From Eledone cirrhosa (lineage: Eukaryota), in NCBI GenBank assembly GCA_964016885.1, contig OZ024742.1, forward strand, positions 283,402,001 through 283,466,000: a DNA stretch of 64,000 nucleotides, read 5' to 3'. Shown piece after piece: positions 40,872 to 55,567 of the stretch; position 1 is the first letter of the stretch; every line of letters starts with the position of its first letter. The notes beneath the pieces were generated by a model that searched no databases, was not told the origin of the DNA, and was given only the letters and a program-made list of their open reading frames with translations. A program made the position numbers and the translations under genes.

Positions 40872-41072
40872 CTGGACAAGACTCCGCTTCACATCGCCGC
40901 CGAACGAGACAACACTGAAGCAATGGACATACTCATTGAGAAATTCAAAGCAAGCATTGTGGCACGGGCCAAAAATGGCAACACACTCATGCACTTCGCT
41001 GCCAATGCCGGACATCAAAACTCTGTTCTGTTCTTCTTGAAGAAAGGAGTTCCTCTCAACATGCCCAACAAG
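40872..41072 (+). CDS. nompC: NompC exon F, 201 nt, two ankyrin repeats: LDKTPLHIAAERDNTEAMDILIEKFKASIVARAKNGNTLMHFAANAGHQNSVLFFLKKGVPLNMPNK
   Basis: Acceptor gcttgtag, donor gtaggt; KFKASI and KKGV.L.MPNK are characteristic of TRPN/NompC. Confidence 0.94.
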
Positions 41073-41124
41073 GTAGGTCATATGATGTACTAACCGTGTG
41101 ATATACTAACCATGTGATGTACTA

Positions 41125-42862
41125 ACTAGTTGGTTGGTTAGTTGGCTGGTTAGTTAATTGGTTGGTTGTTGTTTGGTTGGCTGGTTGGTTGCTTGGTTGC
41201 TTGGGTGGGTGGTTGGGTGCTGGCTGGCTGGATGGTTGCATGGTTAGTTGGTTAATTGGTTGGTTGATTAGTTGGCTGGTTGACTAGTTGGTTGGTTGAT
41301 TAATCGGTTGGTTGGTTAGTTGGTTGGTTGATTGGTTGGTTGGCTGGTTGGTTGGCTGGTTGGTTGGTTGGCTGGTTGGCTGGTTGGCTGGTTGGTTGGT
41401 TAGTTGGTTGGTTGGTTGGTTGGTTGGTTGGTTGGTTGGTTGGTTGGTTGGTTGGTTGGTTGGTTGGTTGGTCGGTCGGTCGGTCGGTCGGTTGGACGGT
41501 TGGTTGGTTGGTTGGCTGGTTGGCTGGTTGAGTGGTTAGTTGGTTGGTTGGTTGGTTGGTTGGTTAGTTGGTTAGTTGTTTGGCTGGCTGGCTGGCTGGT
41601 TGGTTGGTTGGTTGGTTGGTTGGTTGGTTGGTTGGTTGGTTGGCTGGTTGGCTGGCTGGTTGGCTGGCTGGTTGATTAGTTGGCTGGTTGATTGGTTGGT
41701 TGGCTGGTTGATTGATTGGTTGGATTGTTGGTTGGTTGGTTTGTTTGTTGGTTGGTTGGTGGGCGGGTAAGATGGTTCGTTGGTTGGTTCGTTGGTTGGC
41801 TGGTTGGTTGGTTGGCTGGTTGGCTGGTTGGCTGGTTGGCTGGTTGGCTGGTTGGTTCGTTCGTTCGTTCGTTGGTTCGTTAGCTGGTTGGTTAGCTGGC
41901 TGGTTGGTTGGTTGCTTGGTTGGTTGGTTGGTTGATTGGCTGGTTAGCTGGCTGGTTGGTTGGTTGGTTAGTTGGTTGGTTAGTTGGTTGGTTGGTTAGT
42001 TGGTTAGTTGTTTGGCTGGCTGGCTGGTTGGTTGGTTGGTTGGTTGGTTGGTTGGTTGGTTGGTTGGTCGGTTGGTTGGTTGGTTGGTTGGTTGGTTGGT
42101 TGGTTGGTTGGTTGGTTGGTTGGTTGGTTGGTTGGTTGGTTGGTTTGTTGGTTGGTTGGTTAGTTGGTTAGTTGTTTGGCTGGCTGGCTGGCTGGTTGGT
42201 TGGTTGGTTGGTTGGTTGGTTGGTTGGTTGGTTGGTTGGTTGGTTGGTTGGTTGGTTGGTTGGTTGGCTGGTTGGCTGGCTGGTTGGCTGGCTGGTTGAT
42301 TAGTTGGCTGGTTGATTGGTTGGTTGGCTGGTTGATTGATTGGTTGGATTGTTGGTTGGTTGGTTTGTTTGTTGGTTGGTTGGTGGGCGGGTAAGATGGT
42401 TCGTTGGTTGGTTCGTTGTTTGGCTGGCTGGTTGGTTGGTTGGTTGGTTGGTTGGTTGGTTGGTTGGTTGGTCGGTCGGTTGGTTGGTTGGTTGGTTGGT
42501 TGGTTGGTTGGTTGGTTGGTTGGTTGGTTGGTTGGTTGGTTGGTTGGTTGGTTGGTTGGCTGGTTGGTTGGTTGGTTGGTTGGTTGGTTGGTTGGTTGGT
42601 TGGTTGGTTGGTTGGTTGGTCGGTCGGTCGGTTGGTTGGACGGTTGGTTCGTTGGTTGGCTGGTTGGGTGGTTAGTTGGTTGGTTAGTTGGTTGGTTGGT
42701 TGGTTGGTTGGTTAGTTGGTTAGTTGTTTGGCTGGCTGGTTGGTTGGTTGATTGGTTGGTTGGTTGGTTGGTTGGTTGGTTGGTTGGTTGGTTGGTTGGT
42801 TGGTTGGTTGGTTGGTTGGTTGGTTGGTTGGTTGGCTGGTTAGCTGGCTGGTTGGTTGGTTG
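41125..42862. repeat. (TTGG)n/(CTGG)n tetranucleotide array, ~1.7 kb
   Basis: Directly visible; a block containing gggcgggtaagatggttcg recurs at about 41760 and 42385. Confidence 0.97.
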
Positions 42863-42900
42863 AATGTTTTTCAAATCTTCATCTCCATTCTTTAATGTAG

Positions 42901-42999
42901 TCTGGGGCCGTGGCCCTTCATGTTGCCGCAATGAACGGTCATGTATCAGTGGTGAAGGCACTGTTGCAGAAAGGGGCTGCTGTGGACACTGAAACAAAG
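42901..42999 (+). CDS. nompC: NompC exon G, 99 nt: [33 protein letters not shown]
   Basis: Acceptor taatgtag, donor gtacgt, ankyrin repeat. Confidence 0.93.
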
Positions 43000-43189
43000 G
43001 TACGTTATCACCGTCATCATCACTATCATCATTATCACCATCATCATCATTACTATCATCATGATCTCATCATCCCAACTATCATTATTATCGTCGTCGT
43101 CGTCGTCATCATCTTCATCATCGCATCATCATCACCATCATCATCTCATCAATATTGTCATCAATCAGCCACTGTATCACACGGCAATA

Positions 43190-46100
43190 TTCCCACCACA
43201 ATAACTCCAACTACTTTATTTCCCACAACATTATTTGTTTCCTCTTGCTAACTCCCACAACACTATCTCCCACAACACTATCTCCCACAACACTACCTCC
43301 CACAACACTACCTCCCACAACACTATCTCCCACAACACTATCTCCCACAACACTAACTCCCACAACACTCCCTCCCACAACACTATCTCCCACAACACTA
43401 ACTCCCACAACACTATCTCCCACAACAATATCTCCCACAACACTACCTCCCACAACACTATCTCCCACAACACTATCTCCCACAACACTATCTCCCACAA
43501 CACTATCTCCCACAACACTTTCTCCCACAACACTATCTCCCACAACACTACCTCCCACAACACTATCTCCCACAACACTACCTCCTACAACACTACTCCC
43601 ACAACACTACCTCCCACAACACTACCTCCCACAACACTACCTCCCACAACACTACCTCCCACAACACTATCTCCTACAACACTACCTCCCACAACACTAG
43701 CTCCCACAACACTATCTCCCACAACACTTCCTCCCACAACACTATCTACCACAACACTATCTCCCACAACACTACCTCCCACAACACTACCTCCCACAAC
43801 ACTACCTCCCACAACACTATCTCCTACAACACTACCTCCCACAACACTACCTCCCACAACACTACCTCCCACAACACTACCTCCCACAACACTATCTCCT
43901 ACAACACTACCTCCCACAACACTACCTCCCACAACACTATCTCCCACAACACTACCTCCCACAACACTACCCCCCACAACACTAACTCCCACAACACTAT
44001 CTCCCACAACACTACCTCCCACAACACTATCTCCCACAACACTACCCCTAACAACACTATCTCCCACAACACTATCTCCCACAACACAATCTTCCACAAC
44101 ACTACCTCCCACAACACTACCTCCCAAAACACTATCTCCCATAACACTATCCCCCACAACACTATCTCCCACAACACTATCTCCCACAACACTATCTCCC
44201 ACAACACTATCCCCCACAACACTATCTCCCACAACACTACCTCCCACAACACTATCTCCCAAAACACTATCTCCCACAACACAATCTTCCACAACACTAC
44301 CTCCCACAACACTACCTCCCAAAACACTATCTCCCATAACACTATCCCCCACAACACTATCTCCCACAACACTATCTCCCACAACACTATCTCCCACAAC
44401 ACTATCCCCCACAACACTATCTCCCACAACACTACCTCCCACAACACTATCTCCCAAAACACTATCTCCCACAACACAATGTCCCACAACACTAACTCCC
44501 ACAACACTATCTCCCACAACACTATCTCCCACAACACTATCCCCCACAAAACTATCTCCCACAACACTACATCCCACAACACTACCTCCCACAACACTAT
44601 CTCCCAGAACACTATCTCCCACAACACTACCTCCCACAACACAATCTCCCACAACACTATCTCCTACAACACTACTCACACAATACTACCTCCCACAACA
44701 CTATCTCCCACAACACTACCTCCCACAACACTATCTCCCACAACACTACCTCCCACAACACTATCTCCCACAACACTACCTCCCACAACACTATCCCCCA
44801 CAACACTACCCCCCACAACACTATCTCCCACAACACAATCTCCCACAACATAACCTCCCACAACACTATCTCCCACAACACTATCCCCCACAAAACTATC
44901 TCCCACAACACTATCTCCCACAACACAATCTCCCACAACATAACCTCCCACAACACTATCTCCCACAACACTATCCCCCACAAAACTATCTCCCACAACA
45001 CTATCTCCCACAACAGTATCTCCTACAACACTACTCCCACAACACTGCCTCCCACAACACTACCTCCCACAACACTACCTCCCACAACACTACCTCCCAC
45101 AACACTACCTCCCACAACACAATCTCCCACAACACTATCCCCCACAACACTACCTCCCACAACACTATCTCCCACAACACAATCTCCCACAACATAACCT
45201 CCCACAACACTATCTCCCACAACACTATCCCCCACAAAACTATCTCCCACAACACTATCTCCCACAACACAATCTCCCACAACATAACCTCCCACAACAC
45301 TATCTCCCACAACACTATCCCCCACAAAACTATCTCCCACAACACTGTCTCCCACAACACTATCTCCTACAACACTACTCCCACAACACTACCTCCCACA
45401 ACACTACCTCCCACAACACTACCTCCCACAACACTATCTCCCACAACACTACCTCCCACAACACTATCTCCCACAACACTACCTCCCACAACACTATCTC
45501 CCACAACACTATGCCCCACAACACTACCTCCCACAACACTATCTCCTACGACACTACCTCCCACAACACTACCTCCCACAACACTACCTCCCACAACACT
45601 ATCTCCCACAACACAATGTCCCACAACACTACCTCCCACAACACTATCTCCCACAACACTATCTCCCACAACACTACCTCCCACAACACTACCTCCCACA
45701 ACACTATCTCCCACAACACTACCTCCCACAACACAATCTCCCACAACACAATGTCCCACAACACAATCTCCCACAACATAACCTCCCACAACACTACCTC
45801 CCACAACACAATCTCCCACAACACAATCTCCCACAACATAACCTCCCACAACACTATCTCCCACAACACTATCCCCCACAAAACTATCTCCCACAACACT
45901 ATCTCCCACAACACTATCTCCCACAACACTATCTCCCACAACACTACCTCCCACAACACTACCTCCCACAACACTATCTCCCACAACACTACCTCCCACA
46001 ACACTATCTCCCACAACACTATCTCCCACAACACTACCTCCCACAACACTACCTACCACAACACTATCTCCCACAACACTACCTCCCACAACACTATCTC

Positions 46101-49100
46101 CCACAACACAATGTCCCACAACATAGCCTCCCACAACACTATCTCCCACAACACTATCTCCTACAACACTACTTCCACAACACTACCTCCCTCAACACTA
46201 TCTCCCACAACACTATCTCCCACAACACTACCTCCCTCAACACTATCTCCCACAACACAATGTCCCACAACACTAACTCCCACAACACTACCTCCCACAA
46301 CACTATCTCTCACAACACAATCTCCCACAACACTACCTCCCACAATACTACCTCCCACAACACTACCTCCCACAACACTATCTCCCACAACACTATCCCC
46401 CACAACACTATCTTCCACAACACTATCTCCCACAACACTATCCCCCATAATACTACTTCCCACAACACTACCTCCCACAACACTATCTCCCACAACACTA
46501 TCTCCTACAACACTATCTCACACAACACTACCTCCCTCAACACTATCTCCCACAACACTACCTCCCACAACACTATCTCCCACAACACTACCTCCCACAA
46601 CACTATCTCCCACAACACTATCTCCCACAACACTATCTCCCACAACACTATCTCCCACAACACAATGTCCCACAACACTAACTCCCACAACACTATCTCC
46701 CACAACACTATCTCCCACAACACAATGTCCCACAACACTATCTCCCACAACACTATCCCCCACAACACTATCTTCCACAACACTATCTCCCACAACACTA
46801 TCCCCCATAATACTACTTCCCACAACACTACCTCCCACAACACTATCTCCCACAACACTATCTCCTACAACACTATCTCACACAACACTACCTCCCTCAA
46901 CACTATCTCCCACAACACTACCTCCCACAACACTATCTCCCACAACACTATCTCCCACAACACTACCTCCCTCAACACTATCTCCCACAACACTACCTCC
47001 CACAACACTATCTCCCACAACACTATCTCCCACAACACTATCTCCCACAACACTATCTCCCACAACACTACCCCCCACAACACTACCTCCCACAACACTT
47101 CCTCCCACAACACTATCTGCCACAACACTACCTCCCACAACACTACCCCCCACAACACTATCTCCCACAACACAATCTCCCACAACACTATCTCCCACAA
47201 CACTATCTCCCACAACACTACCTCCCACAACACTACCTCCCACAACACTATCTCCCACAACACGACCTCCCACAACACTATCTCCCACAACACTACCTCC
47301 CACAACACTAGCTCCCACAACACTATCTCCCACAACACTATCCCCCACAACACTATCTCCCACAACACTATCTCCCACAACACTATCTCCCACAACACTA
47401 GCCCCCACCACACTACCTCCCACAACACTTCCTCCCACAACACTATCTCCCACAACACTACCTCCCTCAACACTATCTCCCACAACACTACCTCCCACAA
47501 CACTATCTCCCACAACACTATCTCCCACAACACTATCTCCCACAACACTATCTCCCACAACACTAGCCCCCACCACACTACCTCCCACAACACTTCCTCC
47601 CACAACACTATCTCCCACAACACTATCTCCCACAACACTATCTCCCACAACACTACCTCCCACAACACTACCTCCCACAACACTACCTCCCACAACACTA
47701 TCTCCTACAACACTATCTCCCACAAAACTACCTCCCACAACACTATCTCCCACAACATTATCTCCTACAACACTACCTCCCACAACACTATCTCCCACAA
47801 CACTATCTCCCACAACACTACCTCCCACAACACTACCTCCCACAACACTATCTCCCACAACACTACCTCCCACAACACTATCTCCCACAACACTACCTCC
47901 CACAACACTACCTCCCACAACACTATCTCCCACAACACTACCTCCCACAACACTATCTCCCACAACACTACCCCTAACAACACTATCTCCTACAACACTA
48001 CCTCCCACAACACTACCTCCCACAACACTATCTCCTACAACACTACCTCCCACAACACTATCTCCCACAACACTACCTCCCACAACACTACCTCCCACAA
48101 CACTATCTCCTGCAACACTATCTCCCACAACACTATCTCCCACAACACTACCTCCCACAACACTATCTCCTGCAACACTATCTCCCACAACACTATCTCC
48201 CACAACACTACCTCCCACAACACTACCTCCCACAACACTATCTCCCACAACACTACCTCCCACAACACTATCTCCTACAACACTACCTCCCACAACACTA
48301 TCTCCCACAACACTACCTCCCACAACACTACCTCCCACAACACTATCTCCTGCAACACTATCTCCCACAACACTATCTCCCACAACACTACCTCCCACAA
48401 CACTACCTCCCACAACACTATCTCCCACAACACTATCTCCCCCAACACAATCTCCCACAACACTACCTCCCACAACACTATCTCCCACAACACTATCTCC
48501 CACAACACTATCCCCCACAACACTACCTCCCACAACGCTACCTCCCACAACACTACCTCCCACAACACTATCTCCTACAACACTATCTCCCACAACACTA
48601 CCTCCCACAACACTACCTCCCACAACACTACCTCCCACAACACTACCTCCCACAACACTACCTCCCACAACACTACCTCCCACAACACTATCTCCAACAA
48701 AACACTACCTCCTACAACACTATCTCCCACAACACTACCTCCCACAACACTACCTCCCACAACACTATCTCCCACAACACTATCTCCCACAACACTACCT
48801 CCCACAACACTACCTCCCACAACACTATCTCCCACAACACTACCTCCCACAACACTACCTCCCACAACACTATCTCCTACAACACTACCTCCCACAACAC
48901 TATCTCCTACAACACTACCTCCCACAACACTACCTCCCACAACACTACCTCCCACAACACTACCTCCCACAACACTATCTCCTACAACACTATCTCCTAC
49001 AACACTACCTCCCACAACACTACCTCCCACAACACTACCTCCCACAACACTATCTCCCACAACACTATCTCCCCCAACACAATCTCCCACAACACTACCT

Positions 49101-50935
49101 CCCACAACACTATCTCCCACAACACTATCTCCCACAACACTATCCCCCACAACACTACCTCCCACAACACTACCTCCCACAACACTATCTGACACAACAC
49201 TATCTCCCACAACACTATCTCCCACAACGGGATCTCCCACAACACTATCTCCCACAACACTATCTCCCACAACACTATCTCCCACAAGACTATCTCCCAC
49301 AACACTATCCCCCACAACACAATCTCCCACAACGGTATCTCCCACAACACTACCTCCCACAACACTATCTCCCACAACACTATCCCCCACAACACAATCT
49401 CCCACAACGGGATCTCCCACAACACTACCTCCCACAACACTACCTCCCACAACACTACCTCCCACAACACTATCTCCCACAACACTACCTCCCACAACAC
49501 TATCTCCCACAACACTATCCCCCACAACACAATCTTCCACAACACTATCCCCCACAACACTACCTCCCACAACACTACCTCCCACAACACTATCTCCCAC
49601 AACACTATCTCCCACAACACAATGTCCCACAACACTACCTCCCACAACACTATCTCCCACAACACTATCTCCCACAACACTACCTCCCACAACACTATCT
49701 CCCACAACACTATCCCCCACAACACAATCTCCCACAACGGGATCTCCCACAACACTACCTCCTACAACACTATCTCCGACAACACTACTTCCCACAACAC
49801 TATCTCCCACAACACTACCTCCCACAACACTATCTCCCACAACACTATCTCCCACAACACTATCCCCCACAACACAATCTCCCACAACACTACCTCCCAC
49901 AACACTATCTGCCACAACACTAACTCCCACAACACTATCTCCCACAACACAATGTCCCACAACACTAACTCCCACAACACTATCTCCTACAACACTACCT
50001 CCCATAACACTATCTCCCACAACACTACCTCCCACAACACTATCTCCCACAACACTATCCCCCACAACACTATCTCCCACAACACTATCTCCCACAACAC
50101 AATGTCCCACAACACTACCTCCCACAACACTATCTCCCACAACACTATCTCCCACAACACTACCTCCCACAACACTATCTCCCACAACACTATCCCCCAC
50201 AACACAATCTCCCACAACGGGATCTCCCACAACGGGATCTCCCACAACACTACCTCCTACAACACTATCTCCGACAACACTACTTCCCACAACACTATCT
50301 CCCACAACACTACCTCCCACAACACTATCTCCCACAACACTATCTCCCACAACACTATCCCCCACAACACAATCTCCCACAACACTACCTCCCACAACAC
50401 TATCTGCCACAACACTATCTCCCACAACACTATCTCCCACAACACAATGTCCCACAACACTAACTCCCACAACACTATCTCCTACAACACTACCTCCCAT
50501 AACACTATCTCCCACAACACTATCCCCCACAACACAATCTCCCACAACACTATCTCCCGCAACACTACCTCCCACAACACTACCTCCCACAACACTATCC
50601 CCCACAACACAATCTCCCACAACACTACCTCCCACAACACTATCTCCCACAACACTATCTCCCACAACACTATCTCCCACAACACAATGTCCCACAACAC
50701 TAACTCCCACAACACTATCTCCCACAACACTACCTCCCACAACACTACTTCCCACAACACTACCTCCCACAACACTATCCCCCACAACACAATCTCCCAC
50801 AACACTACCTCCCACAACACTATCTCCCACAACACTATCTCCCACAACACTATCTCCCACAACACAATGTCCCACAACACTAACTCCCACAACACTATCT
50901 CCCACAACACTATCTCCTACAACACTATCTCCCAA
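43190..50935. repeat. 15-bp minisatellite array CCCACAACACTA(T/C)CT, ~7.7 kb (roughly 515 units)
   Basis: Directly visible; the 15-nt period keeps columns aligned in 60-nt lines, with rare short units shifting the phase. Confidence 0.98.
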
Positions 50936-50972
50936 CTGTTCTTTCTTCTTTCCTTTCCCACAACACGTACAG

Positions 50973-51074
50973 GATGGTTACACAGCACTACATTTAGCAG
51001 TGAAACATTCGCATCCCGAAGTTGTCCAGGTTTTACTCGGCTTTGGAGCCAGAGTGGATGGCAAGGCAGGGAAA
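50973..51074 (+). CDS. nompC: NompC exon H, 102 nt: DGYTALHLAVKHSHPEVVQVLLGFGARVDGKAGK
   Basis: Acceptor acgtacag after a pyrimidine tract, donor gtgagt; LLGFGA.V motif. Confidence 0.93.
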
Positions 51075-51128
51075 GTGAGTAGCAATCGTTATTTTCTTCA
51101 AATTATTCATATATGTATATTATATATT

Positions 51129-51315
51129 GTATTTTTGACTAAAGAAATGTTTGCCTGATAGTGGGGTTTAAAACCCTCTGAAATGGAAAAGGATGAGTAT
51201 TGACGTACATGGGAGTCGAACCCACATTTTTGTTTTTACGTCAATACTTCTACTTTTCCATTTTTAGAGGGTTTTAAACCCCCTATCAGGCTAAAATTTC
51301 TTTAGTCAAGAATAC
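51129..51315. repeat. Imperfect inverted repeat/MITE (~80-bp arms) 55 nt after the exon H donor
   Basis: ttgactaaagaaat...gcctgatag...tattgacgta / tacgtcaata...ctatcaggc...atttctttagtcaa. Confidence 0.75.
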
Positions 51316-51559
51316 GGTGAAAGCTTTTATTTCTACTAAATATCAAATTTCGCTCTGTTTTATAACAAACTTGCTTTTTATATATACATGCATACGTGTG
51401 TGTGTATATATATACATATACATATACATATATATATACATATATATATAAAGGATCGATCGACTTTCGTCAGAACGGACCGAGGAAACAATGTTTCCGT
51501 TAGTCTTTCCAGTTGCTAGTACTATCTATCGGTTGCTAGTACTATTCTCCAGGTAGAAG

Positions 51560-51795
<236 letters not shown>

Positions 51796-51875
51796 GTTAT
51801 ATTTAACTTGTTGGGATACAACAAGCTAAATATTTTTATAACTGATATAAAGCACTCAACAAATTATTGGAGTAA

Positions 51876-52410
51876 ATATACAATATATTAAACAAATGGA
51901 AACTATATTTATAAAACCATATTTATTTCATTATACATATTTCAAGGGCCACCAGAGCAAACTATGGTGCGCTTTCATCAGATAAAATATAATATAAGTT
52001 AGTTTTATAAATAAATATTGACATACCCTTAAAAAATGCAACCATTCTGGTTGGAATCTCCTGGATAGTGGAGTTATTAGATTTATTGTTGGTTTATTAT
52101 GCAAATTAGTGTCTCTTTCTTTCTTTTCTTTTTTTCCCTATTCCAACGGCTTAATTTAAATATACTGTTTTAAACCTTTCCAACACTAATTTGCATAATA
52201 AACCAACACTAAATCTAATAACTCCAATATCCAGGAGATTCCAACCAGAATGGTTGCATTTTTTAAGGGTATGTCAATATTTATTTATAAAACTAACCTA
52301 TATTATATTTTATCTGATGAAAGCGCACCATAGTTTGCTCTGGTGGCCCTTGAAATATGTATAATGAAATAAATATGGTTTTATAAATATAGTTTCCATT
52401 TGTTTAATAT

Positions 52411-52419
<9 letters not shown>
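51876..52419. repeat. Inverted duplication with 237-bp arms and a 70-bp spacer, hammerhead in each arm
   Basis: Arms 51876-52112 and 52183-52419 are near-perfect reverse complements. Confidence 0.95.
52308..52369 (+). ncRNA. Minimal type I hammerhead ribozyme (mirror copy at -51926..51987)
   Basis: ttttat CTGATGA aagcgcacca...tggtggccctt GAAA tatgta T A atgaaa. Confidence 0.75.
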
Positions 52420-52480
<61 letters not shown>

Positions 52481-52629
52481 TATATTAAAGAGTTAAACAA
52501 GATTCAATGAGTATATCAGAGAATGAGTTTTACAGTAGATTGGAAGAACTCTACGGAAAATAATTTTCCAGAGTTATTAATATTAAAATACAAATATTAA
52601 TAAAATAGATGTTCTTTTGATCTATTACA

Positions 52630-52680
52630 TTTTATTATACATATTTCGGAAGTACAACAGTACATCCTCATCAGACAAAA
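52630..52680 (-). ncRNA. Minimal type I hammerhead ribozyme
   Basis: Minus strand: ttttgt CTGATGA ggatgtac-tgtt-gtacttcc GAAA tatgta T A ataaaa; stem I differs from the 52308 copy but still pairs. Confidence 0.8.
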
Positions 52681-52951
52681 TATAATGATACATGACATAC
52701 CCTGAGATGTTAAATGGTTAAGATTTGATGTTTGCAAACATCACGAGCGTTCTATCTCAAAATTATTTTTGAAAAGCATTAGAAATGTGCAACCGATAAA
52801 AACTTAAAACTAAAACTGAATACTAACCAATACTTATTACTAATTTATACTTATTCCTAATTAAACTATTTTTCACTGGGAAAAATTTGTCAGCATTTTC
52901 TTTTCCTTTTACTAATATACCACAACTCGTATGTTACACCTCTATTTCTTT

Positions 52952-52990
<39 letters not shown>

Positions 52991-53233
52991 GGGTGGATAA
53001 ATAATATACGTATATGTATATATATATGTGTATTTATAGACACACATATGTATTAAGATTATTATAAGTATGTATTTTCCTTTCTCTGTATCTTTTCCTT
53101 TCTGGGTACGCATTTGTGTGTTTTATTTCTGTTATTTTTGTATTTAAGTGAACACTTGTGTGGTTATGCTCGTATGTGTGTGTGATAATTGCAATGACAA
53201 CCACTAGACGTTAATGTGTATTCTTGCTTGTAG

Positions 53234-53335
53234 TCACACGAGATGCCACTCCACCTGGCGGCGAAAGCCAAAGACGGAGAATTATGTGCCGAGATGTTAT
53301 TAAAGAGTGGAGCTGATCCGAATGTGAAACTAGAG
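53234..53335 (+). CDS. nompC: NompC exon I, 102 nt: SHEMPLHLAAKAKDGELCAEMLLKSGADPNVKLE
   Basis: Acceptor gcttgtag, donor gtaaag; KDG..CA.MLLKSGA motif. Confidence 0.93.
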
Positions 53336-53367
53336 GTAAAGTATATGAGGTCAATATTTACTGCAAG

Positions 53368-54210
53368 GACGGTAGATTGGCAAAATTGGTAAAGAGTCGG
53401 ATCAATGCCTAGCAGTATTTGTTCCGGTCTTTACGTTATGAGTTTAATTCCCGTCGAGGTCAGATTTGCTTTTCATTTTTTTTTTGGGGGGGGGGGGGGG
53501 GACGACAATAAAATGAAATACCAGTCAAGTGCTGGGGTCGAATTAATCAGCTTTCTCATCCTCTAAAATTACTAGTCTCGTGCCTAAGGAATGAAACCAT
53601 TATTTACAAGAACAAAATTATTTACGGAATTTGTTGCGGTTCTTTGCGCTCATTGAAGTCAATTTTGCGCCCATTGAAGTCAATTTTGCCTATCATTTTT
53701 CCAGGGAAGATAAAATAAAGTACCAGTCAATTGTTTGGGTCGATATAATCGACTCACCCTTCACTCAAAATTGCTGCCCTTGTGCCTAAATTGGAAACCA
53801 ATATTTACTGCAAGGACGGTGGTATTGGCAGAATCATTAGAGGCTCGGTCAATATGTTTTAAGTTATTTAGTCTCTTTACGTTCTCAGTTCAATTCTCAC
53901 TGAGGTCAACTTTGCATTTCATCCTTCCGAGTGATCAAATACTGGAATCGATATAATTGACTGTTTCATCCCACGAAACTTTCTGACCTTTTGTAGAAAA
54001 TTATTATTTACACAACCTATGGCTAAAGGTGGAAGATCGTGGTCTTTCACCTTATGAGTTCAAATCCTGCCGCGATCGACTTTGCCATTCATCCTTCTGG
54101 AGTCGATAAAATTAAATACTTGTCGAGTACTGAGGTCGATTTAATCGACGTATCTCTCCCCCACAAAAATTGCTGGCCTTGTGCTTAAATTAGAAACGAT
54201 TATTATTATT
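53368..54210 (+). mobile_element. Four decayed tRNA-SINE copies head-to-tail filling intron I-J
   Basis: Repeated core (gaggtca/gatcgactttgc...gataaaat..agtaccag...gtgcctaaattagaaac). Confidence 0.75.
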
Positions 54211-54253
54211 ATTATGTTATTTTTCTTTTTTTTTTCTTTTTTTGTTTCTTCAG

Positions 54254-54352
54254 AACGGTGAAACTGTTTTCCATTTGGCAGCTCGGAGTGGACATCTTGA
54301 ACTGGTTAAAACACTACTGGAGGAAGAATGCAGTCCTACACAACAATCTAAG
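54254..54352 (+). CDS. nompC: NompC exon J, 99 nt: NGETVFHLAARSGHLELVKTLLEEECSPTQQSK
   Basis: Long poly-T acceptor ending cttcag, donor gtagtg. Confidence 0.92.
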
Positions 54353-54528
54353 GTAGTGTAAGGGCCGTATTGAGCCTTATTAAGTCCTTAAACACTTAAA
54401 AGATTATAACGTTCTCCACTCCCTCATTATAAATACTGCAGATCTATTGGGGTGAATGACAAATACATTATATGAAAAAGAAAAAATATCTAAAATAAAT
54501 TATATATATATGTGTGTGTATGTGTGTG

Positions 54529-54622
<94 letters not shown>

Positions 54623-54642
54623 TATATATGTGTGTGTACATA

Positions 54643-54886
<244 letters not shown>

Positions 54887-55438
54887 GCTCTCCCGTCGAT
54901 TTCGCTGTATGAGGATCCCCACAACCTATTCAGTTTATTCAGTTTGGATGTTTATCTCGAGTATGACATTTTGGTCCTCCCAAGGATTTGTAAGAAAGTC
55001 CACAGATCATCCAAGGGTGGGGATTACTGGACAACGTTGTTGATATATTTGATAATGCTTTTGTCCTCCTTCGTGCTTGTTGTAGCCTTACATACGACGA
55101 CAATGCTTCGTCTTTGTTCTTCTACCCTGAAGATTAATAGAATTTGCATCCTTCTTAATTACAACTTGCAGATAAGTTATCTAGAGGAAGTTTCTCGAAG
55201 ATTTCAATATTGTGTCACTGATTAGATTGATATACAAGTTATATGTTGTTATTTGATGTTGTTGGTGTTATTGTTGTTACTGCTGTTGTCTAGACTTAAG
55301 CCAATGGCGTCAACGATTTAAGGCTTAAATTCATAAATGGTGATATGCTTTGTCGCCAAAATAACTGTTGTAAAATATATATTAGAACCGATTCTAAAGT
55401 ATTTTCTTCTATCACTAATACCTACTGCTTTATTTTAG

Positions 55439-55567
55439 ACAGGGGACACGCCCCTACATTTAGCTGTCCGCTACTGTCATCCTACCATAGTTTCCGAGAT
55501 TCTCAACAACGTCACCAACAAAAAATCCCGATCCGAAGCCGTCTTTCTAGTCAACTTGCCACAAAAG
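55439..55567 (+). CDS. nompC: NompC exon K, 129 nt: TGDTPLHLAVRYCHPTIVSEILNNVTNKKSRSEAVFLVNLPQK
   Basis: Acceptor tattttag, donor gtttgt; extended 43-aa repeat as in the corresponding NompC repeat. Confidence 0.9.

Noticed and set aside
41312-42997. LVGW / NQPT repeat ORFs
   Set aside because: Translation of the (TTGG)n array; only 42901-42999 is a real exon.
43235-51158. Very long mucin-like ORFs (PTTLS / SHNTI / PQHYL; up to 1632 aa), one in frame with exon H
   Set aside because: The 15-mer lacks stops in several frames, short units switch frames arbitrarily, and the array lies between a valid donor (43000) and acceptor (50972) of a cytoplasmic ankyrin array.
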